Shown here: positions 1 through 12,400 of the stretch, in pieces
Position numbering within the stretch: the first letter of the stretch is position 1
How the letters are laid out: each line of letters opens with the position of its first letter
Source: Chlorokybus atmophyticus
Taxonomy: Eukaryota > Plantae > Mesostigma and Chlorokybus algae
Assembly: GCA_009103225.1 (NCBI GenBank)
Contig: RHPI01002533.1
Span: 1,431,186 to 1,495,185, forward strand
DNA length: 64,000 bases
Reading direction: 5' to 3'
Notes under the pieces: model-generated
What the model saw: the letters and a program-made list of their open reading frames with translations, nothing else
What the model was told of the DNA's origin: nothing
The model's database searches: none
Position numbers and translations under genes: made by a program

Positions 1-306
1 TAACCACAAGCAGCCGTACCGTAACCGATCGAGACAATTGCCACAACATACCTCATGAAGTCTTCGCTCCAGCTCCTTGGGACTGGGGTAAAGTGACAAG
101 GACATGCGTTTTGCCAACAACGTCGCCACTTGTTGCGGAGGAAGAGATAACCCCTCCCAGAACCGGCGCACAGCTTGCTGTTCAGCTTCTGACCATGGGG
201 CCAATGGTCCCATGTTCCCATTGCCGGCCCACCCCTCTTGCCTGCAGCTGGCCAACACACAGTGCTGAGTAAGCAGCGCCAACAGCTCCAGAGCAAGCAT
301 CAGCAT
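1..306 (-). CDS. mTERF-like protein paralogue A (5' exon only; gene runs off the left edge)
   Basis: Minus frame from ATG 306/300 reads MLALELLALLTQHCVLASCRQ...PWSEAEQQAVRRFWEGLSLPPQQVATLLAKRMSLSLYPSPKELERRLHE, then a GT donor at 51. It is clearly homologous to the 3413-4342 gene, including the intron position. Confidence 0.6.
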   Translation of the reverse strand, partial: MLMLALELLALLTQHCVLASCRQEGWAGNGNMGPLAPWSEAEQQAVRRFWEGLSLPPQQVATLLAKRMSLSLYPSPKELERRLHEVCCGNCLDRLRYGCLWL

Positions 307-1000
307 GGCTGTGGGAGCAGTGGATTACTTTGTTACTTTGGTCAACAGCATTGTCAGGAATCGTTGCCGCTTGCAAAGCGCAGTTGCGCCGCAAATGTGC
401 ATTACAACTGCCTGCAACCAATTGAGTTGTGCGGTTTGCCAGTTTTGTAGATAAAACCAACCGCGGCAAAGCAACCTGGCCCTTGCCTGTACAAAGAGTT
501 GTAGAAGCGGGGCGCAGTGGCGCTAACCGTGTCAGCTCGCGTGAGGCGCATGAGGGAAAACATCATTTGTGCCCTGGGCACAGTCACAATCAACAGATTT
601 GGCCAAGAGTTGATTCTACAAGATGGCAGGAGTTGTGAAAGCTGTAGGTGCTGCCTGCGCCTGGGAAACGCTAATATTCACGTTGTTGCCATGATGACAT
701 TGGTGTGCAGTGGTTTGCAGCAGCCTAGTCAAACAAACGTCGCCGCCGACAAGTCACTAAGCTGTAAAGGTGGCACTGTTGTTTTGAGCTTGACAGGCAG
801 CAGGTGCCACAAACACGATCACCTAGCGTTAGTACCGACGTAGTAACCAACGCAAGTCTCGCAGGTGAACAATCACGACCACTAGCATGGTGCCACGTGA
901 ACACATTCGCTGATGGCATGTCAACATGTGCGCTGGTCCCTTTGGTGAGCTTGGCCACAGCTATTGTTGCAACTGAGCAAAAATGGCAACAGACACACGG
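1..1000. repeat. Left arm of an old inverted duplication (partner ~2690-3660)
   Basis: The reverse complement aligns with 2690-3660, e.g. MFSLMRLTRADTVSATAPRFYNSLYRQG vs MFSLARVTRAATASTIAPNLYNSSYRQG, and SAHVDMPSANVFT vs SAHVDLPEAQVFT. Confidence 0.8.
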
Positions 1001-1580
1001 TAAACACAGCTGAAGCATTCTGGCTGAGCCAGAATGCTGCATAAGTTGAGGCTTGCAGCGAAATAATCAATGCCAGAAAGCAACACTTGCCGTTGGCAGG
1101 CAAGGCACAAGTGCACTGCCCGGACAACCCTCTAGACATGACCACAATGTATGCGAATTATAAGTTTTGTATTTCAAGTACATAGTGCTTGACTAACGCC
1201 TGTTCTTCCACCGGACAAGCTTGACGGTGGCCAATGCATGCATACAATTGGAGTACGGGAGTGCAATCATGCTAGCAGTGGGCAACTACACGCAACACAT
1301 CAACTTGAGTTCACGACCTACCGTCTGCACAACGGAGCCGTTTCTGGCCGTTGCTCCCGCTGGCACCAAACCCTATGCACGCTGCTGCCGCCGTCGCCTC
1401 TGACGAGCTGCACCAAGCAGCATGCTTGCATGCATGGTTGCCTGCAGCACCCACGACACGGCGCTAGCCACGAGATCTACAACGCGGACCACGACACGGT
1501 GGTCACCTGCAACGACGCCCTCAACCACCACAGCCCTCACCACCACCATCGCCGCCACCCCCGCAGCTCAACCAGGCGTC

Positions 1581-2181
1581 ATGCTCGCCGGACATCCCGC
1601 ACCTAGCGACGACCCATGTCATGCGTTGCCCACGTGGAACCGGTGTCACAGCGACACACGACGCAGTGAAGTACGAGGTGGGTGCCATCATGAGAGAAGC
1701 CGGCTTCAGAGTCGCTTACGAAGTGTCCGGACTACTGCCGCTGCGGGAGGGGAGACGCAAGGCCGACGCGTCGACCTGCTTGTGACGGAGCCCGGATCCG
1801 ACGGTCGCATCCTGCTGGATGTCGTGGTGAAAGCATTTACCGTGGAGTCGGGAGCGGCCGCACTGCAGGCGGAGGCGACGAAGCGCGGGAAATACTCCGA
1901 TGCCCATCGCACGGATACGTTTATCCCGCTCGCATGGCGCCTTAGGGGAGGCATTTCATGGGCTACTGCGACGCTGTGCGGCGCGCGTCGTCCGTGAAAG
2001 GGACCAAGATAGGGCGCGCATACCGGGCTATCTTCGCACCTACAGGCAACGCATCGCTTGCGCACTACAGAAGGCGCAAGCGGTGGCGGTCCTCGACAAG
2101 GCGGCAGCCATGACGGACTCGACACGAAGGGCGGCCGCGGTTTGGGCGACCACGACGTCCGAGACTTTTATAGTCGCCTAG
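1581..2181 (+). mobile_element. 5'-truncated, frameshifted non-LTR retrotransposon 3' end with restriction-like endonuclease (CRE/NeSL/R2-type)
   Basis: Joined frames give HA(L)RCPRGTGVTATHDAVKYEVGAIMREAGFRVAYEV...RRVDLLV...ILLDVVV...QAEATKRGKY...FIPLA..GALG...YRQRIACALQK. These are the zinc-knuckle remnant, RHD-like, E, RxD, D and KxxKY motifs of RLE elements. Confidence 0.75.
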
Positions 2182-2689
2182 TCGTACAGCAGATAATCGC
2201 TTGTGCTAGCTGGTTGCTTGGTTTAATTGTAGTGACCGGAACATTGCCGTTGTGGCCATCTGCAATATAGTCGCTGTTGTTGTCAACGACTTTGCCATTG
2301 TGCATGCCATGAGCGGCGGGGGCGGCGACGCAGACGGCGTGAAGGCGGGTGTCGGTCACGGTAGGGGCGGTGGCATCGCCCTTGGCTACGCTGGCCGTAT
2401 CAGCTGCCAGAGGGTTGGTGGCATGCTCCGCCTGGCCAGCGACGGGCGGGCAGTGTGACGGCAAAGGTTGCGTTTGCGTGAGCAGAACAGCTGCCTCGTA
2501 CAGGTGAGCTCTGCAAGTCGAGCTCAAGCCATTGTGTTACGTAGCATGCATGCAATTGCAGGCGGTGACAGCTGCCAACCGGCAGCTTGGTTCAGCTGTA
2601 GAGGGTTGGGCGCACGCATTGTTCAAACAGCTATCATGGCTCACAGTGCTCGCCGTGCGTCACTGCTTTAATCAGCTGTATAAACCCAT

Positions 2690-3660
2690 GTAACAATGGC
2701 TGTGGCGAATCTCACAACCAGGAGCAGCGCACATGTTGACTTGCCAGAAGCGCAAGTTTTCACAACCAGCAATGACAGAGACTTGCGTTTGTTAGTGGGT
2801 CAGACGCTCATAAAAGTTGCAGCTTTGTTGCTTGTCAGTAGCGACATACGTTTGACAACACTCATCGGCATGTTGACTCGCTCGTCTGTGTACAAGTGCG
2901 TGCGCGCACATGTGGCCAGATCGTCACAGATGGCTGCATTTTGCGCCACCACTGCACACATAGTAGAAATGGCGCCAACGTGCGTAATCAGCTTGCTAGT
3001 TGCAAGGCACTGTCAGCAGCTCATTCTGTTTACAAATCTTGTTATCCTCTTCCACAAGCATGCATTGGACTTACCGGTAGCTGTGTCCCCAGTGCACATA
3101 TAATGTTTTCCCTCGCGCGCGTCACAAGAGCTGCCACAGCCAGCACCATTGCGCCCAATTTGTACAACTCTTCATATAGGCAAGGCTCAGCTTAGTTGCC
3201 GCAGTAAATCTGATTATTGATATCAGCGCCCCTCACAACGCAACACTTGGTTGCAGGCAGATACAGCTTGCATTTGCAGCACAACAGCGCTTTGCATGCG
3301 GCACAACAATTCCTGAGGATGCTGTTGACACAAGCAACAAGGTAAGCTGCTCCTCCCCCACGACAATGCTGAGCTTGCTCAAGTTGGAGCTGTCGGCACT
3401 GCCCAGTCAACAATGTCTGTTCGCCAGCTGCCGGCAACACGTGTGCGCGGGCCTCGATTGCCCCCATGGTCAGAAGCTGAGCAGCAAGCTGTGCGCGAGT
3501 TCTGGGAGGGGTTATCTCTTTCCCCGCAACGAGTGGCGTCGTTCATCACGCAAGGCAAGACCGAGTCGCTTTTCCGCAGTCCCAAAGAGTTGGAGCGACG
3601 TATCCATGAGGTACGTTGTGTAGGTTGTCTCAATCTTCGTGCACGGGTGCTTGTGATCAA
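2690..3660. repeat. Right arm of inverted duplication (partner 1-~1000)
   Basis: See left arm. Homology covers upstream DNA, exon 1 and the start of intron 1. Confidence 0.8.
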
Positions 3661-4342
3661 GCTTGTTACGTCGCAGATGCAGAAGCTCATTCCTGGTGTG
3701 AGAACCACAGCGGTGACAACGCATCCACTGTTGAAGCGCGTTCCTGAGAGTCTTGCAAACAACCTGTCAAGGCTCAAAGCGCTTATAAGCATCAGTGACA
3801 AGGACCTTTCCATTGTGCTGCGCCGTGCTCCTGATATTCTCACTTTAACACCGGAAGTTGTGGCTGTAAGATTTGCTGCCTGGCAGACGTTTCTCAGAGT
3901 TGATACTGCACAAATGGTCGCGTTGCTGAAACGATGCCCATGGTTGGTTGGTGACGATGATGCTTCCGTGCGCAGCAAGCTTCAAACGCTGCTAGATGGC
4001 TTTGAGTCTTGCAATCTGGGGAGCAGGAACCTTGCCATGCAGCTTTTCATGTACAACCCAGGAGTGGTTGTGCGGATGTCAAGTGAGCGCGTAACAACAC
4101 GCTGCAAGCGGCTAGCTGTTGATATTATGGAGGTGGAGCGAAGCACATGGTCAGTGCCAATATGGCGCCTAGCATTTTCATATGGAGACCACGTGCTCGA
4201 CCGCTTGTTGTTCTGTCGGCAGCGTGCACTTCACATGGCAGCCTCAACAGCCCTGACCTTGTCTGCAGCCTCCTGGCACCGAAGGTTTCCCGAGTTCACT
4301 CGCTGGCAACAGGAGCTTGCAGAGGCACGTCAGGCTCAATGA
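3413..4342 (+). CDS. mTERF-like helical-repeat protein paralogue B (intron ~3611-3676)
   Basis: Long ORF with mTERF-like repeats (LRRAPDILTLTPEVV; LLKRCPWLV; FMYNPGVV) and a GAG|gtacgt...cgcag|ATG intron. The start codon is uncertain. Confidence 0.55.
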   Translation: MSVRQLPATRVRGPRLPPWSEAEQQAVREFWEGLSLSPQRVASFITQGKTESLFRSPKELERRIHEVRCVGCLNLRARVLVIKLVTSQMQKLIPGVRTTAVTTHPLLKRVPESLANNLSRLKALISISDKDLSIVLRRAPDILTLTPEVVAVRFAAWQTFLRVDTAQMVALLKRCPWLVGDDDASVRSKLQTLLDGFESCNLGSRNLAMQLFMYNPGVVVRMSSERVTTRCKRLAVDIMEVERSTWSVPIWRLAFSYGDHVLDRLLFCRQRALHMAASTALTLSAASWHRRFPEFTRWQQELAEARQAQ

Positions 4343-4923
4343 GCCAACAGCATTGTCATGCCAACATCAGAGAATAAATGAGGAGCGTTATGTTGGCTTA
4401 ATGGTGGTAGTGGTTGAGGACACTGCGGGACAGCTGCTACTGGCTGATGGCTGGATGGATAAGCCGCCGCCGAGGCATTACGGCATGCGGCTGGCAGCAA
4501 TGCGGGCTGCTGTGCGGTATGCCTGGCTTGTCTGCTCGCTGCTGTGGTGGCTGGTTAGCCTGATACGAACGAGCCCTGCCTTCCGCATGTAGGTAAGTGT
4601 TCTTACTTGGATTTACTTGCCTACCGTCTGGCTGGGATGCCTTGCCGTCCGCAGAAGCATGTACTGTATAGACCATTGCACGTTGCATCTTATGAAATGC
4701 ACTTGTGCTGGTATATGGCTTATGGCATGCATAGAGAATTGTTGGGTCACTCTGCTCGCATGTCGGGGAATGCCACATGCGCCTTTGCGTCTGCAAGGAA
4801 GCTCAAGGTTTGGGGTGAGTTAGATTAAGTTGGGTTGGTATTACAAGAACACATTGGCCTAACTTCCTGCCATGCCGTGCTGCACGCAAAGAAGTGTTCA
4901 CGTATGCTGCCGTGTGTCCAGCC

Positions 4924-5390
4924 ATGGCTCGGGCTTGGTCTGCTTCACTGCCACTGGCGCTGTCATCAGTGATGCTCATTTGCCGCCCTCACCGTGGAGG
5001 ATTTTTACCCCTCTGGCATTAACGGTGGCGACACAACAATGGGCAAGTGAGTGAACCTTCAAGGAGGCGTGAGTGCATTTACATGTGCGTGCGGGCATGC
5101 GCGTGCGTGTCACACCACACTTGCCTTGACAGCGAGACTTATGCTTTGCACCTGTCTGTCCCAACCATAGCTGTGACAACTGTGTTTGCAAATCAATCAA
5201 CAACTATCCATCATTCCAATATCTTCAATACACCCTTCGTCGTTTGCGGCGTGTACAACAGCAACGGCGCAGCACATTTTGGCTCGTTCTACGACCGTCC
5301 TTCCCCAGTCAACTTCCACACAACATCAACCTGCCTTCAGCATGGTGGCAGGTTCTCAACGGACCTCTGCAATGCGCCCGGCGACTGCGG
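4924..5390 (+). pseudogene. Decayed secreted NIDO/nidogen-like domain fragment
   Basis: Frameshifted pieces: signal-like MARAWSASLPLALSSV, LTVEDFYPSGINGGD, CDNCV.KSIN.PSFQY, VYNSNGAAHFG, SMVAG/FSTDL. These resemble the NIDO FYPFG..GD / PF.F.G..Y..V..NG..F / IAPFW.D pattern. Confidence 0.3.
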
Positions 5391-6493
5391 TGAGAACATA
5401 CTGCGTTGTCAGCAATACACTTCTCGTTGCGGACATTAGCAGTAATGTTGGTCAAGCATTTCCCACACGACAGCTTGCTGCTGCCTTCTTTGCCTCGTCC
5501 GTCACATTGCCTGTCTTCTTCTTCAACTTCAGATCATCAGCCAGCAACTTGGAGGACGGACGCAGATGCGCCCGCGTCAATGTGGACAGCAACGGGGCAA
5601 TGCACAGCCTTCTAGTGTTGTTGCAGATGATGACCGTCAGCACTCCACAGCAGGAAAAGCCGATGGCAATGGCATGGTCAATGAGGCGAAGCTAACGGCG
5701 TAGCTTAGCGGTCTTGAGTTTGCGTGCGTAGGTGAGTGCACGCGTGTCTGCTAGGCATGATCAGTGCGTGCGAAGTAATTAAGTCGCTTCTCATGTGAAT
5801 GTTTTTTGTGCTCACTAAACACACACGACTTGGACGTGCTAGTGCATGGGGAGCACTGAAGTCTGCCTGTGTAATGTAATGAGTGAATGGGCACACTTCG
5901 GTTGGCTGCATACTCGCATACTTGCATGTGACAATTATACGCATTTTTAGTACACACACAAGATTGCAATGTAGTGGGAATGCAATGTGTGCACGAGCAT
6001 GCGGGCTGGCTCAAGCCCGCTGTATGTTGTGCCATGTGCAAAGTGTCACATAAACTCATCCTCTGACTCCGATGTCAGTGGCTAACCAATGGATGCACCC
6101 TTGATGGCCATGCCAGCCGCAATAACCACGAAATGCAATATGATCTGCAAAATAAGGGACTACACAGCCACCTATCGGCTGCCACAAGCCATTGCCGCCT
6201 TGGCACTATGTCATGTGGATGTAATGTAACAAACAAATTGCACCAAATGGCCATGGCTTCCATAACGTTATGATGTGGTGAGAGAACTTTGACGCGCCCT
6301 GTGCATGCGGATTGATCACCCCTTTGGTTGATATTTACTGATGTCATGCCTAAACAGCTGGTAAGTGCCAGATGCACTACTTACTTTTACCACGCGCCAC
6401 TGTTTTGAGGCAATGGCCATCGCCACAGACTACAGATGCATGCGTGCCAGTGCTGTGCTGATGTGGTGAGCGCAAATGTGCCTGATCAATATA

Positions 6494-9400
6494 TCACACA
6501 ATGGTACTGTCGCTGGCAATGGGAAACCTACTCATCTGCTCAAGTGCTTTGCTCGCTGCATCCGCAACAGGTGCACCTACGCCTGGAAGCAGCGGCACCT
6601 GCAAGCCAAGTCCACATGTTGGCAATAACACATAGCCCACCAATGAGCATGTGTGCAGCAACAGGTCATACAACACCAAGAGCTCCACACCACCACCTCA
6701 CCTGCTTCAACAACTCTACCGTGCGCCGCAACACCCGCACCAGATCCCCGTCATCCAGCGCCGTGAAGTTGATGAGTTCCTCCCACGACGCACCGTTGGC
6801 CCATGCATACGTGAGAGACACCGGGGCGGTCTCAAACAGGATCGGTATCTTGACGTTGTTGGCTCTGTGAACGCGCACCAGTTCGGACTGCAGTTCTCTG
6901 ATGGTCTGCATGGCGCTCTGCAGAGCATTCGTGATAGGCTGGTCCGACCACGTGTCGCTGTCGTGTCGGCTGCGGAAGCTCGTTCCCTCCGTCGTGATGG
7001 CCGACACCGCACCTGCCAGCTCCGCGGGATTCAAACCAACGACGGCGTCCGACAACAGCACCTGCGCCACCCACAGCTCGTTCTCCGTACGAAGCACGGC
7101 CGCGGCCTTGCCGAGTGTGGTCAGCGTGCAGCGCTCGGGGTCCTCCGCCGAAGGCTTCACCGCGCTCATGGTCATCAACACCGACAACAACGGCTGCACC
7201 GCTGTCCACGTGCCCTGTAAACGCACAGTGACTATTGGTGAGAACACCACAACATGACAACACAATAAGAGAGAAGCACAACTCTGTTGCTACGCACCAT
7301 TGCAGGTATTGACAACTGGGTTGCAGCAGGAGACCCCTTATTTGAGTCGGGGTCGGCATCTTCCGCAGCTCTCTTCTGCACATTGCATGATGTCACACAT
7401 GCGCGACAACCAGGCACACAACGTCTTACACACACACGCTTGATACGGTGTTTTTGTGTGCACGCGAACCTGGTGGTTTTTGATGCGGGACGTGATATTC
7501 GCAAGCCTCCTCTTGAGTCGGAGCACTTCACGCTGGAGAGCTGGCACGCGTGCAGCGCGGTCCAGTGCTGGCGTGTTGACAAACGCCTGCGATACCGCCG
7601 CTGCCGTCTCGGACGTGGACGCGTCCCCCTCGGCCACGAAACCCTCATTGGGTCCAGCTCGCTTCCACCGATCACGGCTGTGTGGACGAGAGGGTTGAAC
7701 AAACATGACAGCACGTGTTGCGCGCGGGCAGAAAAGAGTGTACAACTGCACCTTGGGACAGCGGGGACTGCGAGTGGTTTGCCCGCGCGTTGCATGATGG
7801 CATCGAGTGGCGGCTGCGACGAGTGCACGGACACCAGCCTTGCGGCCGGCACCATACGGAACATGTTGTCCGCGCACAAGCAGATGTAGTGTGGCTGCGG
7901 GCCAGGCACCTTTGACAAGCAAGGGAGGACATTGGATTCACTCACACACACGCAGACCGATGAAACTTGTACACACGACACACAGTGCCCACACAAACCT
8001 CTGCAAGGAGCACGCCAGGCATTGCGCTGTCCTCCCCTCCGCGCACAACACTCCTGCTCGTGCTGAGCTCGACGAGCGTGCATGCACTCACGCTCTTGAG
8101 AGCGTCCGCGACTTGCTGTGGGTTGAGGCTGGTCAACTCCTCTTCCACGCTCGCGAGCTCCGCAACCACTACCTGCTGCACGTGGTTCAGCTGCTGCAGA
8201 GACTCCTCGTCCACAGGAGTCGTCAAACTCGTCAGGCTGTTGCCAGCCGGCATCGTGAAGTCCGATAAACTCCCACTCAACACCTGCGAGCTCATCACCG
8301 TCACAACAACGTGTCAAGCCACGCACATGAGAATCAACGTCTCACAGCTGACCTTCTGCAAGTCTTTAACAGAGTGCACCCTGAGCAGATTGAGTGTGGT
8401 GCCGTAGGCCGGCATGAAGCGCGCGTTCAGGAAGACGGGGGGCCGCATGCAGAGAGAGGCTGCGGCCTCCGCGCTGTCCTGAGACGTCTGCAGGAACACA
8501 ATGTTCCCCTGCGAATCCAAACCTCTCCTGCACACATTGACACGAAGGTACGCGTTGCTGAATCGGACAGCACTAGTGAGAAGCTGCTGCGGGTGTTATG
8601 GCATTCGTAGGGTGTATGCGTGTATACCTTACCTGCCAGCACGGCCTATCAGCTGATGAAACTCGCTTGGCAGCAAGAGCCTGTGCCCGGCTTCATTCTT
8701 CTTGCCGACAGAAGACAGCACGACCGTGCGCACGAAGATCTTCAGACCCGCGGCAAGCGACTCCGTGCCAAAGACCAGCTTGATCAGGCCGTCCAGGCAC
8801 AGGTCCTCAACCAGCTGGCGCCACTCTGGCAGGATGCCAGCATGGTGCGCCGCTATCCCACGCAACAGGGGGGCAACCTCCTCCTGTACAGACTCACATC
8901 AGCACTTGCATGGGTAACACGCGTATATATAAACATCTTGACACAGAGATTAGCAATGTGACACTAGTTCGGTGCTTTCTTTTGACATTCTCACCTGGCG
9001 AGCGTAGCCAGGGTGGGCATCCAAGAAGACGCGCAGTCGAGCCCGGATGGCTGCGCCTTCTTCTTCAGTGACCAGGGACAGCGTGCTCACCCTCGCCGCT
9101 TCGCGCATGGCGTTCTGGCAACCGTACCTGCTGAATATGAAGAATATGGCGGGATACATGTTCTTCTGCTGCAGCTGCCACAGCACCGATCGCAGACTCG
9201 GCCGCCTGCTAAGCGTGTCCTGAAAGAGACGCAACCACGTTGAGAGGTTGTTCATGCAATGCACCACAGTATGCACCACAGTGCCAACAAGTCATCGACC
9301 CACCGTCCTGTTGCTGCTGCGCTGGCTGTCTGCATCAGAGCCTCGAGTCTGGAACTTGTGCGGGTCTCTCCTCGTGCCGTTGCCATTGCGCCAACTTGTA

Positions 9401-12400
9401 GTCGCAATGCTGCACGCAGAGTCCACAATCAGATTGTTAAGTATGCGTGCATGAACACAACACCAGCACACGTGCGGCAGGGCAGCACGCACCGCCTCGG
9501 TGTAGATGCAGTGGCGCTGGCTCGCAACGCGTAGTTTAAGCCACTCTGTTCATCATTCAGCAGAGGGTGCATTCCACCAGGTTTGCAGAAGTAGTATGTC
9601 TGCACACCGGACAATGCATGCGTAAGCAGACTGGTATGCAGCAACATGACCACTTCATCACGCATCACGTACATGGGGCACGGGTCGGGAGGTGCACACG
9701 ACGAGCGATGTTGGCCCGTGGCGCTCTCGCAGCCACGCGGCGACGACATCGGCATCTCCGGCAACAGCGGACATGGCGAGGAGGCGTATCTTTGGGGCGT
9801 AGAGGAGGGACTCCTGCCACATGGTGCCCCGCTGCTTGTCGCTGACCGTGTGGAACTCGTCCAGCACGATCAGCGCCACGCCGTCCATGCTGCCGGGACA
9901 AGTAACAGGTATGTCCTACAGGGAGTAACAACGATAGTCGCTGAGACAAGAGATATACAAAATTTACACATGACTCCAACTAGCTTGCTGCACAATGCAT
10001 TGGAGTATACAGACCACATACATCGACACCGCGTGCGCCGTGTGCAAAGGACAATGCGCGGAATATGTCCACGGTCATGACGACCACTGGCGCATCCATG
10101 TTGACGGTCAGGTCACCCCATATCGCACCCACACGGTCCACACCAAAGCGCGCGACAAAGTTGCGGTACCGCTGGCCGGCCAATCCCTTCAGAGGCGTCA
10201 CGAACGCGACCCTCCTGCCCGCGGCGAGCTCCTGATAGATGGCGTACTCGGCCACGGCCGTCTTGCCTGCCACACGTGTCATTGCATAATGTATAGACGG
10301 CTGCTGCAGCATGATGTACTGTGTATTAGTATATTACGAACCGGCACCGGCGGGAGCACACAGCAACACAGAGTTATTGTCGTTGAGGTGGCGGACAGCC
10401 TGTCGCTGCCACAAATCCATCTCAAATTTGAAGAATAAGTTGTACACCGTTTCGTTGACATCCAGCCCGTTCCGGATCATTGTCTGGACAAAATGAGACG
10501 AGAACGCGTGACAAGCATGGCTTCGCATGCTGGTCAATACGCAGCTGCAGCATAGAATAACATTACCTTTACCACATCAAAAGCTTCCGACAGCTGACCC
10601 CCTCGAATCCGATCAATTACCAGCCGCAACTGTTGAGCACGCAAACTACTGCCCTGTGCTGCCTCTATGTACACGGGGGGCACTTGAGCAGGTTGCGCGC
10701 TGCCATTGCCGCCCGCTGACCTGCTGACAGCAAGCTGAGCTCCTACGCCACGAGCCCTCTGAAGCGTGGCACGCGCACACACGCACACGCACATCAAAAA
10801 GACCAGCACACCTACCTGTACTCGCCATTGCCATCGGCTTTGCTCGCTGTAAACTGCTGATTTTCATCAATAAGTGCGTTGACACTAGAAGGCTCTGCAT
10901 CGCTCGCGCGCAAACGGCTGTCAGCATCGTCGCGGGCGCGTTCGCGCTTATCCTCCCCGTTGCTGGGCGATGGTACAGCAGCTGATGGTACAGCGGGAGA
11001 AGAAGAAGATGCTTCTTCACTGACACCACCACCACCAGGCAATGACAGTAGCAAGTCCTGTTGGCAATATGTTGGTACTGGCCCAGACTTGATCTGGTGG
11101 CCGATGATAATGGTGCATGCGACCTACCCTTACCTGCACAGCGGTGTCATTGAAGCCAAAGAACGAGCGGCCATTCACCACAGACGCGATGCCGAGGCCT
11201 TCCATGGCGTTGCTCCAGGCGTCAGCAGCAGTGCAGCCCCTGAAAGTGGCGTCCGTGCTCCCATCCACCCACACCTGGGCAATGTTCGCTGTCTTGAGCA
11301 CCAGCGCAATGCCTCTCTCATGACCGACCCTTGCAACGCAACGGCCATCTACCCACCTCAAAAATGGGACCTTCATGCCCAGCCAATATACGCATCCAGT
11401 ACAGTACGTTCTTGAATCGCTTCGTTGCCGTGTACCCCACTGGGTAAGGATGCCTTCGCTTCGCACGCCTGCACATTGCCAACAATTCCATGACATGCAC
11501 TTGTTTGTTTAGTACTATGATTTTCCCCTTGTGACTGTTTGTTCACGTCCTTCTGGATTCTTGATATTTTCAGAATCGCTTTATCACTCTCAATGCAGTG
11601 TGCTCATGATTGGGTAGTCGTTGTGGGGTTCACACTCACCTGTCCGTCCAGTAGAGATGTGCGTCCGGGCCATCGTAAATCTTGCCTGCGCTCAGGACGA
11701 TGACGTTCCCTTTCACCCGCATGGGCAGCGCCCAACCGCTCTCACGCAGCTGCTCCGCGGTCGGGGCCGGATCCACCTGCATGCAACACCGGTCAGCTTT
11801 TGCGTGAATATTGTTGAACACTAGCGCGCGCGCGCGCAACATCAATAGACAGTGTCTTGGCAACTGTAACGCGCAACCCGCTGCTCAGTCAGCATGCTGG
11901 TTGCATTGCATGGCTGTTCCATAACATAGATGCTGCGCAACAGTTGCAGCCACAAGCAAGATCTGCTGTTTGTGCCGTCTAAGAACCTATAATTCAATGC
12001 CACCTGCATGGTTATGGTTGGCAATTCCGCAATGCTGTGCTTGCTCAATAGCATACACGCCAACAGACAATGTGCTGATCTGGGATGAGTGGATGGATGC
12101 TTGATTGAATGCAACATTGAACGAACGTCAAAGGTGTGTACAGGACACTATGTATACGGTGAAATAAGACGCATGTGGCCAACGCAGCACAGCCCACCTC
12201 ATCGTCGTCCTCGACCACATCATCGCCCTCTTCATCCAGCACCTCCCCATCTGCCTCGACGTCTTCCGCGTCCACGTCCTGTTCGCTGCGGCGGCGAGCG
12301 TCCACCCTGCTGGCGGCTAGGCGGGTGCCGCGTGGTCTCCTTCGGCTGCCGATCCTGCTGTGGTGCGGCGGCGGCGGCGGCGGCGGTGGTGGCAGCGAGG

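Noticed and set aside
2690-3310. Cys-rich antisense reading shared by both duplication arms (CKALLCCKC.., ENIICALG, ASGKST)
   Set aside because: Multiple stops and frameshifts in both copies and no family recognised; GKST lacks the Walker A glycine spacing.
6651-8326. Long plus-strand ORFs (189 aa, 364 aa, 200 aa)
   Set aside because: Antisense shadows of GC-rich helicase exons; no recognisable motifs.
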